Virus record (IMG/VR): IMGVR_UViG_3300042507_004023
DNA from: a virus
Strand: one strand, 5' to 3'
Length of the DNA stretch: 64,000 nt
Within the stretch, counting starts at the first letter, position 1. Each line of letters begins with the position of its first letter. The notes beneath the pieces are model-generated. The model had not been told where the DNA came from and searched no databases. It saw nothing but the letters and a program-made list of their open reading frames with translations. Position numbers and translations under genes: made by a program. Below, in pieces: positions 35,930 to 45,300 of the stretch.

Positions 35930-38900
35930 TTAAGTTAATTGATAGTTGAATTCCTTGACAGTTTCGCTGCCTGTAATAATGGCATTTGAAACATTTCGGA
36001 AGTATAGTTTGAGTCGATATACGCAATTTGTATTCGGATACTGATTTCCTCTCCAACTAAATGGACTTCCTACAGTTCCTCTACCCAAAGTTATTGCACC
36101 AGGCTCGCTGTTCGGATTGTCGGGATTTACGAACGGATATAGGATGTTTATGCTGTTGGCAGAGGTTGGGAAAGGCCCCACCGAAGCCATCTGATATTCC
36201 TTGCCTGTTTCATCCACCACAGACAAATCTGCCCAAAGACTTATTGCCGAGTAATACGAGAGGTATAGCAAGGTGGAAAGTCCTGCCAACTCGCCCGAAG
36301 AAATCAGAACCCCATCAAGTTGAATGTTCATGGATCGGCTACCAGGTTCACTATCAACCACATATTGAGTATCTGTGCTCCATTCCGGAATGTCTACCGA
36401 CTTTCCGTTTACAGTAACTACCTTGACTTGCGGGACAGGAGGAGTCAAAACTTCCTGATCTTTACAATTAAATTCGGGACCAACTGGCATTTCTAGGAAT
36501 GAACGAAGCGTTATCTTTCTGAATTCCGAATAGTCCACTCTAGAACCTAAAGTTGTAAGTGCAAGTATTGGGCCGTTATCTCCCGTTTCTCCCGAGGTTG
36601 ATCCGGTTTGACCTAATTCACAATTACAAGTTTCAACACAATATGTGTGATTTACTCGATACTCGGCATAACAATCTATGGGTAGACATTGACCGCAATT
36701 ATCGTATTCTTGTTGTGTTGGGCAATCGGCACACACATCGCACCCCTCAGAAACACATCCATTAGCAACACAATCCGAGCAACTTATAGATGGAGTGCAA
36801 CCGCAATCTCTACAGAAACTGTTGTTTATGCTGTATTGGTTGTCGCAATCTGATGGAGTGCATTGACTACACAGCGTGTAACTCTGTTCACAACCACAAG
36901 ACACACAGAACTCGTAATTAATTGAGGATGGATAATCGCAATCACCTTGCAAGCATTGGTTGCAGTTTGTGTATTTGCCAGGGCCATCGTAAATACACTC
37001 GTCACATTCCGTTCGGCAACGAATGCCATTACAATCATTTTTTACACACTCATCGCATAGAACTGTTGTTGGCACACAGCCACAGGTGTTTCTACAGAAT
37101 TTAGTATTAACTGTTATGCTATCACAGTCCAATTGAGTGCATTCTTCACAACTTGTGTAAATGGTTCCACAACCACAATCAACACAGAAATCATAATTTA
37201 AAGTTCCTACTGTGCAATCTGCTACTGTGCATTGTGAACACTTGGTATACTTTGTCTTGCAGCCCTCGCAGTTATAACAGCCCGAACAACCTGCACAATC
37301 GTAACTTCCTGTGATGCTGAAACAATCAAAAATTGGTGAGCAACAAGAGCAACCTGTGCAACCAGGATCTACTACCACAGCAGAACAACCCGTGCAACTG
37401 TGACAGCCTGAGCAGCCTGCACAATCATACATTCCGCTCACAATGTTGTAGCAGGGCAATCCTTCCCAAGTCGAGCAAGCCGCACATCCTGTTGGACCAG
37501 CAGATGCTCCTGTTATGGCACATCCTGTGCAACCACCAAATCCTGAACAACCCAAGCAGTCGTAAACACCCAAGAAAGTGTTCCAACATGCAAATCCATT
37601 AGCAGTAGTTCCGCAGCATAGAGCACCAGAACAAGTTGGGCCAGTTACAGGACATCCTGTGCATTGCCAGCAGCCAGAACAACCTTCACAATCATATCCT
37701 GTCGGAATATCCATTGTAAAACACGGATTAACTTGAGAACAACGATCACATCCTGTGGCTGGTGCTGTTACACCACAGCCTGTAAAGCCATAGCATCCTG
37801 AGCATCCTTCGCAATCTAGCAAACCTGTGATACGGTTATATCCTCCCGTCAAACAACATTCGCAGCCTGTGCATCCGCCTGTTACAGGACATCCTGTGCA
37901 CGAGAAGCACCCCGAGCATCCTTCGCAGTCATATAGACCTGTTACAATGTTGTAGCAACCGCCCGTCACGCTTGTTGAGCAGCAACCACAACCTGTGCAA
38001 CTAGTTGCTCCTGTGATAGAGCATCCTAGACAGCCCCAACAACCCGAGCAGCCTTGGCAATCGTAGAATCCATCAATTGTGAAGCATGGGTTTTCTTGAC
38101 TGCATAGAGCGCATCCTGTTAGACTTCCTGTTATACCGCAGCCCGTGCAACCGTTGAAGCCCGAGCATCCCACACAATCGTATATGCCTGTTACAATGTT
38201 GTAGCACAGAGTTCCACTGCCTGTGGTTCCGCAGCATGCCGTGCCACCTGAACCCGTGCAACTAGTTGCTCCTGCGGATACACCAGTGATACCACACCCT
38301 GTGCATCCAAAGCAACCCGAGCAGCCTTCACAATCGTAAAGATTTGTAGCCTTATTGAAGCAGCCACCCGTGCAGCACTCACAACCAATACAAGGAGTTG
38401 TTGTTGTGCAGCCCAAGCATCCAAAGCAGCCTGAGCAGCCTTCACAATCGTAAATTCCACTTAGAGTCCAGCAAGGAGCGTCCGAACGGCAAAGATTGCA
38501 TCCTGTTGCTCCTGTTGGGCCTTGAGGACATCCTGTGCATCCGTGGCAACCAGAACATCCTGCACAATCGTAAATACCGTCAACAGTATGGCAAAGGTTT
38601 ACAGAACTGCACAGAGCACATCCTGTTGCAGGAGCAGTTATACCGCATCCTGTGCATCCGAAGCATCCAGAGCATCCTTCGCAATCAAGCAGTCCTGTCA
38701 TTATGTTTAGACACGGGATACCAGGATGGCATGAATCGCAAGGATCTTGTGGAATAGATGGACATCCTGTGCAACCGCCAAGTCCTGAACATCCTTCACA
38801 ATCATAAACTCCCAAGAAAGTATTCCAACATGCGTTTCCGTTTGCTGTCGTTCCGCAACAACTTGGACCCGAGCAAGTTGGGCCTGTTGCAGGACATCCT

Positions 38901-41900
38901 GTGCAGCCTGGACAACCTGAACAGCCCAAACAGTCGTATAGTCCACCTAGTGTGAAGCAACCAAACTGACAACAATCGCATCCAGTGCAAGCCGTTGGGC
39001 CAGGATCTCCACCAAAAATATAAGCCCTGTCGATTTCATCGAATACAACAGGAACATAACCCATGTCTATTAGTTCTTTAATTACTGTTCCGCGAGCAAC
39101 ATCTCTGTCATTTGCTCGTGTTGGATCTCCTCCAAATCCTCGTAGAGCAGGATCGTTTGAGGAATACCAGTTGCAACCAACCCAAGTTTCGTGATCTGGT
39201 GTTAGATAGTTTGCCAAGCCAAATGACTTAGTTACATTTCGATTACCATTTGAGGCGTTAAACAAATCAAGATATGTTGCATCTTTTCTGTGCATGTAAT
39301 CAGAATTTCTACTCTCTGTAACATACTTTATTTGTCCCTCATATAGCGACAAATAAGAATTTCTAATTGACTCTGCACCTATGTAAGAAACCTCATTTGG
39401 GGCATTCGATGGATGCCAAGCATCCAATCCTATCATACCCTTTGAAACGCCTCTAGAATTTATAGTGATATTTGCGACTCTATCTAACTGATCGAGTATT
39501 AGTTGGTCATCGTATCCAGTCGATCCAAACGGATAAAGAGTTCCACCAAATTCGGTTTGATATTTCAATGAATTGCCAAACCAAAACCCGACTTGTTTAT
39601 CATCATCCAACGCATCTATCATAGATTTGAACAAAGAAACTCCATCATCCATATTATTTGTAATGGAGAATGTTGCACCTAATGGAGTAGTCCAAATTCT
39701 ATCAGGTTCGTCCCAATGCGAAACTGCTCTAACTGGATAATTTCCACTTGCTGCTGCTCCACTTGGAGTCCAAATCATAACACGATCCCAACCCTTTTTC
39801 TCTATCTGATCCTTAACATAATTTACAGGGCCAGACATACCAACCACATTTGGGTATCCTCCAGCCTGAGCAGATTTGGTTTGAATTGTATCCCAACCGT
39901 AAGGATTGTAATTAGAAGCGGTGGGACTAGAAAGGTTTACTAGGTGTTCATATCCAAAATGAACTCCTTTAACTGGTCTATAATCTGGAATATACGAATG
40001 CGGATACTTGGAGTCCAAGAAATCTTTATACACCGATAAAGTTTCAAACGCGGCAGCATCTTGTAAATTCACATCTTGTTCTATTAACGATTTTCCGCCA
40101 ATTAGATTCTGAGAAATCGGAATAGTGTTGAATTTAACAACCACTTTATAGGTTCTAGTTTCGCCTGCCGGTATTTTTGCAGAATCATACAATTGAGATT
40201 CGTTTTGTGTTGCAAATTGGAAACTATATCTATCAACATATGCCTTATAATTTTGATTTGCAGCAACACTCATCGCAACAGCCGGATTGTCTTGTGGCGG
40301 GAAAACTACAAGACTTATATCGTGACCGTAAACTTCTGGTTGATATCCAACAACAGACATACTTACAGCAAAATTGTTTTGCTCGCAACAAGCACCTTCA
40401 AACTTAGTTTTTGCGAGATGAATAGGAGAATACAAAATATCAGGATATCTTGCACTTTGAACAGAACCATTTCTGGTTATAGTTCTATAGGTTCCTATTG
40501 GGGATCCTGTTGCTCCATACAGTTTTGTATCGTAATATTCAATAGAATCACCCAAATTCAATGAAGGAGTGTCCAACCAATCTATGATTTTTTCTTCGCT
40601 GCAAGTGTTGGTATATGTGTAATTTACTTCCATTGTTCCGTCATTATCGTTTGTAATAACGGATATGTTTGGTTTGATTACCGAATTTGAACAATTTGAT
40701 GTTCCTGGTTTTGGTGGAGTCCACCCGTTGATAATGATTCTGTCACCAGGCCCATATGCATACCAAGAATCACCTATCACATCGTATTCAAAAGCAAAAT
40801 CTGTAGTTTTAGGATTGTTATACTTTTGATTCCAATAGTTTAGTGCGGCTTCGATTTGTGTATAATTTATTTTATCGGTAAGGGCGAAAACATTATCAAC
40901 TTCTGATTTACTGATTCTTGGGAAATCACCACTAACGCTAACATTACTTACAAGTTCGAATGTTGCACCTATAGCACCAAAACTAATAATATCTCCAGGG
41001 AATCCCAGGTTCACCCATCTTGGTCTTTGATTTGCGTAACTAGGATCTTTTTGTAGATCTAAAGCCTTTAGTTGTGCATCACCTGTAACTGGATTTGATG
41101 CTCCTAGACAGGTCGAATAAGGCGCATTTCCACTAGTAAATCCGTGAGTTGCACCATCAACTCCCCAATATCCCGTATCAGTTCTTGAGCCGAATGGGAC
41201 AGCGGGAGTCCAAAGGGCTACATCGTTACCAGCCTCTTGGGTAAATTGTGGTTGCCCTACAAAGAAGAAAGGCTCAACACCAATTTCAACAGTGTTTGCA
41301 TCAATCGCTTGAACTCGCTTAACATATCCTATACGATCCGCAGTGTTCCAACCTTTGTCTTGATATGATCGACCGTCAGGGTAAGAAAATACGGTGGCGG
41401 ATCCTGTTAACGAATTAAATAACGGATTTGAAATAATGTCTCCGGTTACTCCCACACCGTCACGAGATCTTATTGGAGTAGACGATAACGGATTTACTGT
41501 TCTGTAATTAAACGCAAAAGTTGTGCCTGGAGCCATGCTTAAATTTACAGAGTTTGCTCCGTTAGCAGAGAATTTCTTTATTCTGAATGTGTATTCTTTT
41601 ATACTGCCCCATTCAGGCAAATCTCTAGTTTTCTCAAAGAAAGATGGATATTTGGTTTTTAGATAAGCATACTTTTCTGGTTTGTCAAACACAAATTGAG
41701 CACCAGTTTGTCCTGTCATGCCATCAAGGAAGGCTTCATACGATAGTAAATTCATACGAGCCTGAGTTTTGGGAGTTTTGCCAGTCAATCTTGCAGGAGC
41801 GGATGCTGTTGGCCAAACCGGAGCCAAAGATCCTCCCCACCAAGGATTTCCTCCCTGTTTTCCACTTGTAATCAACCATGATACACGCGGTTTACCATTA

Positions 41901-44900
41901 AGCCCAATAGGAACTCCTGGTCCTGTTGGTGCTCCTGGTCTTAACGCTTCTCCACCAGCAAAATCCCAATATGGCTCAAATCCATAAGAAACGGTTAATG
42001 GATTTAGTTTCCAATCAATAACTGATCCATCGGCTCCAGTAATTTCAATGGTTCTTGGATTTGGAGAACTAATGGCGCATCCCCACTTTTTGGTGTAGGT
42101 ATCGTCTCCAGACCACAGATAGAACCCGTGAACTGAGCCTTTTGGATTACCCGACAAAGAACCTTCAATATACAGATTAACAAATTCTGATGGACTAAAG
42201 AAAGATCCGTCTTGTATTGATGGGGCTACTGCTCCGTATCCGCCACTTCCAGTTCCAACAGTATACGCTTTATTTGAAATGAACGGGATAATTAGCACAT
42301 TATCGTATCCCTTTTCTGCTGCAATTTCTTGCCGCCATTTAACCATTTCGGTTATGGTCAAATTTTGCAGGGCTTTTTCTGCTGCTATATTTTCTGTGGC
42401 AACATAAAAACTAGGCATCCACACATTAACATTTCTTGCATAATTCGTCCATTGTTCTTTCCACAGTTTTAAAGCGTGGTCACGATACTTGGTTCCGAAT
42501 CTAACATCCAAAATACCTAATCCGCTTGCTTTTGATGATTGGGGATCGTTAGTATCCAAAGTATCTCTGCCGTCCCAACGGCAATCGGGGCATGTTGGTG
42601 AAGGCACATAACTCTTATAATCAACGGACTTGCCATCAATTATTCTTGTTAAGGTTTCAAACTTTGAACTTCTAGCGTCTCCACTAAATCCTGGATAATC
42701 GTGATATTTCAAAATGTTTCTTGGAACTGCGTATGGCTGCCCGTAGTTTGCAAACAGGGCGTTTGGAAATTTTTGTTGCAATCCGTCAAAAGTTAGTCCA
42801 TCCGCACCAGTTCCACCAACAAATATCGGAATCATATACTTGTTCATTATAAAATTGCCGACCGAATTTGGATCATCTGGATTTGCTCGTCCTACACTGC
42901 TAGAAAAAATTGGATCCCAGGTTTCATTATTCATTGCGATCAGATTGTCATACTCGAAAGTGTAACGATTATCCCCTAAACGCAAAGTTCCTGCGCCAGA
43001 AATTCCATTCCAGTCTGGCTTAATATCTCCAAGCAAAGACGAGACAAATTTATCCATTGCTGCTTTAGAGGTATTTGTAAGCCCGTGTGTTCCTGCAACT
43101 ATACCTTTAAAAGCACCAACTTTAGGATAATGGCTGCTTGCTTCTGAATCCCAATTTGTGAATCGGTTGTATTGTAGTGTGATGTTATCCGCGTAAGATG
43201 TTTTATCTTCAGAAGTGTCTGAATTATTCAAGTTCTTTGCCAATGGGCTTAAAGAACCAATTGCCTTTACGGTTTGTGTTTCATCAATTCCAATCACTTC
43301 TCCGTTTTCATTTCTCAAGTAATAATCCAAAGTAATATCTGTTCCTGTAGACAGATTTTTTTGAGGGGTTAGATTTGAAACACTCTTGCTATTATCAGTC
43401 TTTAGTTTTTCTAGATCCTTATATCCTTGAAGAGTGAAAACATTATCATAATAAATTTTTGGCAAAAATGCGGATTGTCCTACAAGTTTATTTTGAGGAG
43501 TCAAAAACTCTTGAACAGATTGTGGTTCATAGTAGGTTTGAGTATACGGTTTAACTGGATTGTAATTCAGGGTTACATATCGTTCTCCTGAAGTGAATCC
43601 TGTCGCCCAATCTGTTCGATTTGCGGTGCTACCTTCTGTCCACTCTGCCCAATAGCCAGTATAACCGCTATTATTAGAAGAAATTCCAAAAGGAAACTCT
43701 CTGCCTGCTCCCAAATCATTCAAGAATTCGTTCTTTAGATCGTAAGGAATTCTAGCCGTAACTGAACCACGAATCTTGCGATTCGGGTGCTGATATACGA
43801 TCCAGAAAGGATCTGCGTTTTGAAAGTTTGCTGTTCTCAGAGGAACTAGAGGATTTTGGAATGCTCGGTTAAATGTTACGGGATTTCCTATAGACTTTAA
43901 ATATTCCTTTGAGGAAATTCCATCAAGCCCCGCAAGAGCAACATCACCGAAATCTATTATCCCGTTTTCATCAAGATCATTTCTTATAATCTGATTGTGA
44001 ACTGTTGGATCGTAGCCAGCCAAAAGTCCTGTGTTTGGATCCGTAAACCAGTTTGAAAGATCGTCGTAAGTTTTGAATGTATACGGTGCGTAGTGACCAA
44101 TAATCGGCACTTCGTATTCCACAAGAGATGTGCTGTTCTGCAAATCTGCAACAGCGCAACGCTTAATTTGAACTTTACCAAAGAACGCAAGACCTGCTGG
44201 ATTTAAAAGTCTCTTTAAAACATCACGATAACGATCAACAGTAACTTCACTTAAAATAACATATGAAAAGTTTTGATAGTAATGATTGTCTTGAATAACT
44301 TTATTGGTGCTTAATCTGCCGTCGTTGTTGGCGTAATAACCTTGGTATTCCGCCATTCCATTAACAGTAACAGAACCAACAAATCCGGTTCCTGCTTCAG
44401 ATTCAATTGTTATTGCGGGAGCAACCTTGTAATTAACACCATAATTATCAATCAAAATTTTTCTGATTTTACCCAAAGCGTCAACTTCAGCAACACGAGC
44501 AGAGGCTTTAACACCAGTATCTCCTTCAGCAGAGGCAAAAATAACACGATCTCCTGCTTTATACCCGCTTCCGCCGTTTGTTATTGTGATTTTTCCAATA
44601 ACAGAGAAAACTCGGTTTTCTTTACGCAAAATACCAGTTTTGTCTGTAAATTCTATGCCATCATAGCCTGCCGCAAATTGACCATTTACTCCACCCAAGA
44701 AAAGTTCAGCAATATCATTAGTTCCAACTCGATATGTGCTAACTTCAATGACTCGTCCACTTGCAGCAATATCTCCGTTCGCATCTCGTTGAACTACTGT
44801 TGCGCCAATAGAATCAAAAATAGCATTTCCTATATTGTTACTCGTCTTTATAGAACGACGGACAACCCACTTTCCGTCTGAAAGTTTCATAATATCATTC

Positions 44901-45292
44901 TTGGGATAATAGAATTCTACGGAAGTATCAAACAGAATTCTAAACAAGAAATCGTAGGTTTTTTCGGTTCCTTTTGCTCGGTAAAATCCCTTGATGTTTT
45001 TCATCAATTTTACAGGATCTACAGGCTTTTTGGTTGTCTCGGATACCGCTAGTTTTTCTGGAAACCCAAGAAGATATTCATTCTTAAAATATGAAATGAA
45101 TTCTTCTAGTGTAGAGTCAACATCAATAACGCTAGCAAGTTTCTTTGGAGATCGTAGGAAGGTGTTATCCGAATCTAACCACTCATAGTAAGCCGTAAGA
45201 AAAGCAACCAGAGTTGGATGGTCAACCCTTACAAATTCTGGTAATTGTCCTGCTATGAATGGTGATGTAGGATTAAAGTTTTTGTCTGTCAT
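35930..45292 (-). CDS. gp7: Baseplate wedge initiator gp7-like protein, 3120 aa, with large accessory region and Cys-rich repeats
   Basis: N-terminal GQLPEFV..FLTAYYEWL, NIKGFYRAKGTEKTYDFLFRILF, LSTNKVIQDNHYYQNFSYVI, LLNPAGL; located between gp6 and gp8. Confidence 0.85.
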   Translation of the reverse strand: MTDKNFNPTSPFIAGQLPEFVRVDHPTLVAFLTAYYEWLDSDNTFLRSPKKLASVIDVDSTLEEFISYFKNEYLLGFPEKLAVSETTKKPVDPVKLMKNIKGFYRAKGTEKTYDFLFRILFDTSVEFYYPKNDIMKLSDGKWVVRRSIKTSNNIGNAIFDSIGATVVQRDANGDIAASGRVIEVSTYRVGTNDIAELFLGGVNGQFAAGYDGIEFTDKTGILRKENRVFSVIGKITITNGGSGYKAGDRVIFASAEGDTGVKASARVAEVDALGKIRKILIDNYGVNYKVAPAITIESEAGTGFVGSVTVNGMAEYQGYYANNDGRLSTNKVIQDNHYYQNFSYVILSEVTVDRYRDVLKRLLNPAGLAFFGKVQIKRCAVADLQNSTSLVEYEVPIIGHYAPYTFKTYDDLSNWFTDPNTGLLAGYDPTVHNQIIRNDLDENGIIDFGDVALAGLDGISSKEYLKSIGNPVTFNRAFQNPLVPLRTANFQNADPFWIVYQHPNRKIRGSVTARIPYDLKNEFLNDLGAGREFPFGISSNNSGYTGYWAEWTEGSTANRTDWATGFTSGERYVTLNYNPVKPYTQTYYEPQSVQEFLTPQNKLVGQSAFLPKIYYDNVFTLQGYKDLEKLKTDNSKSVSNLTPQKNLSTGTDITLDYYLRNENGEVIGIDETQTVKAIGSLSPLAKNLNNSDTSEDKTSYADNITLQYNRFTNWDSEASSHYPKVGAFKGIVAGTHGLTNTSKAAMDKFVSSLLGDIKPDWNGISGAGTLRLGDNRYTFEYDNLIAMNNETWDPIFSSSVGRANPDDPNSVGNFIMNKYMIPIFVGGTGADGLTFDGLQQKFPNALFANYGQPYAVPRNILKYHDYPGFSGDARSSKFETLTRIIDGKSVDYKSYVPSPTCPDCRWDGRDTLDTNDPQSSKASGLGILDVRFGTKYRDHALKLWKEQWTNYARNVNVWMPSFYVATENIAAEKALQNLTITEMVKWRQEIAAEKGYDNVLIIPFISNKAYTVGTGSGGYGAVAPSIQDGSFFSPSEFVNLYIEGSLSGNPKGSVHGFYLWSGDDTYTKKWGCAISSPNPRTIEITGADGSVIDWKLNPLTVSYGFEPYWDFAGGEALRPGAPTGPGVPIGLNGKPRVSWLITSGKQGGNPWWGGSLAPVWPTASAPARLTGKTPKTQARMNLLSYEAFLDGMTGQTGAQFVFDKPEKYAYLKTKYPSFFEKTRDLPEWGSIKEYTFRIKKFSANGANSVNLSMAPGTTFAFNYRTVNPLSSTPIRSRDGVGVTGDIISNPLFNSLTGSATVFSYPDGRSYQDKGWNTADRIGYVKRVQAIDANTVEIGVEPFFFVGQPQFTQEAGNDVALWTPAVPFGSRTDTGYWGVDGATHGFTSGNAPYSTCLGASNPVTGDAQLKALDLQKDPSYANQRPRWVNLGFPGDIISFGAIGATFELVSNVSVSGDFPRISKSEVDNVFALTDKINYTQIEAALNYWNQKYNNPKTTDFAFEYDVIGDSWYAYGPGDRIIINGWTPPKPGTSNCSNSVIKPNISVITNDNDGTMEVNYTYTNTCSEEKIIDWLDTPSLNLGDSIEYYDTKLYGATGSPIGTYRTITRNGSVQSARYPDILYSPIHLAKTKFEGACCEQNNFAVSMSVVGYQPEVYGHDISLVVFPPQDNPAVAMSVAANQNYKAYVDRYSFQFATQNESQLYDSAKIPAGETRTYKVVVKFNTIPISQNLIGGKSLIEQDVNLQDAAAFETLSVYKDFLDSKYPHSYIPDYRPVKGVHFGYEHLVNLSSPTASNYNPYGWDTIQTKSAQAGGYPNVVGMSGPVNYVKDQIEKKGWDRVMIWTPSGAAASGNYPVRAVSHWDEPDRIWTTPLGATFSITNNMDDGVSLFKSMIDALDDDKQVGFWFGNSLKYQTEFGGTLYPFGSTGYDDQLILDQLDRVANITINSRGVSKGMIGLDAWHPSNAPNEVSYIGAESIRNSYLSLYEGQIKYVTESRNSDYMHRKDATYLDLFNASNGNRNVTKSFGLANYLTPDHETWVGCNWYSSNDPALRGFGGDPTRANDRDVARGTVIKELIDMGYVPVVFDEIDRAYIFGGDPGPTACTGCDCCQFGCFTLGGLYDCLGCSGCPGCTGCPATGPTCSGPSCCGTTANGNACWNTFLGVYDCEGCSGLGGCTGCPSIPQDPCDSCHPGIPCLNIMTGLLDCEGCSGCFGCTGCGITAPATGCALCSSVNLCHTVDGIYDCAGCSGCHGCTGCPQGPTGATGCNLCRSDAPCWTLSGIYDCEGCSGCFGCLGCTTTTPCIGCECCTGGCFNKATNLYDCEGCSGCFGCTGCGITGVSAGATSCTGSGGTACCGTTGSGTLCYNIVTGIYDCVGCSGFNGCTGCGITGSLTGCALCSQENPCFTIDGFYDCQGCSGCWGCLGCSITGATSCTGCGCCSTSVTGGCYNIVTGLYDCEGCSGCFSCTGCPVTGGCTGCECCLTGGYNRITGLLDCEGCSGCYGFTGCGVTAPATGCDRCSQVNPCFTMDIPTGYDCEGCSGCWQCTGCPVTGPTCSGALCCGTTANGFACWNTFLGVYDCLGCSGFGGCTGCAITGASAGPTGCAACSTWEGLPCYNIVSGMYDCAGCSGCHSCTGCSAVVVDPGCTGCSCCSPIFDCFSITGSYDCAGCSGCYNCEGCKTKYTKCSQCTVADCTVGTLNYDFCVDCGCGTIYTSCEECTQLDCDSITVNTKFCRNTCGCVPTTVLCDECVKNDCNGIRCRTECDECIYDGPGKYTNCNQCLQGDCDYPSSINYEFCVSCGCEQSYTLCSQCTPSDCDNQYSINNSFCRDCGCTPSISCSDCVANGCVSEGCDVCADCPTQQEYDNCGQCLPIDCYAEYRVNHTYCVETCNCELGQTGSTSGETGDNGPILALTTLGSRVDYSEFRKITLRSFLEMPVGPEFNCKDQEVLTPPVPQVKVVTVNGKSVDIPEWSTDTQYVVDSEPGSRSMNIQLDGVLISSGELAGLSTLLYLSYYSAISLWADLSVVDETGKEYQMASVGPFPTSANSINILYPFVNPDNPNSEPGAITLGRGTVGSPFSWRGNQYPNTNCVYRLKLYFRNVSNAIITGSETVKEFNYQLT
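36620..37250 (-). repeat. Cys-rich repeat type B within gp7
   Basis: About five copies of Y-(T/D)-x-C-x2-C-x3-DC-x(5-8)-N-x2-(F/Y)-C-x(2-3)-C-x-C, with two shorter CxxC-x3-xC units between them. Confidence 0.8.
37259..38989 (-). repeat. Cys/Gly repeat type A within gp7 (14 copies, about 40 aa)
   Basis: 14 copies of (Y/L)DCxGCSG(C/L/F)xx(C/F)xGC counted in the translation, each preceded by a CxxC(C)...C(F/W/Y/L/H) segment. Confidence 0.95.
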
Positions 45293-45300
45293 GGCTCATA

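Noticed and set aside
36061-38990. Many 60-120 aa ORFs overlapping the Cys-rich part of gp7, and the idea that they form a DGR template/variable pair
   Set aside because: Shadows of the repeats. Copies differ at all base types rather than only at adenines, and there is no reverse transcriptase in the window.
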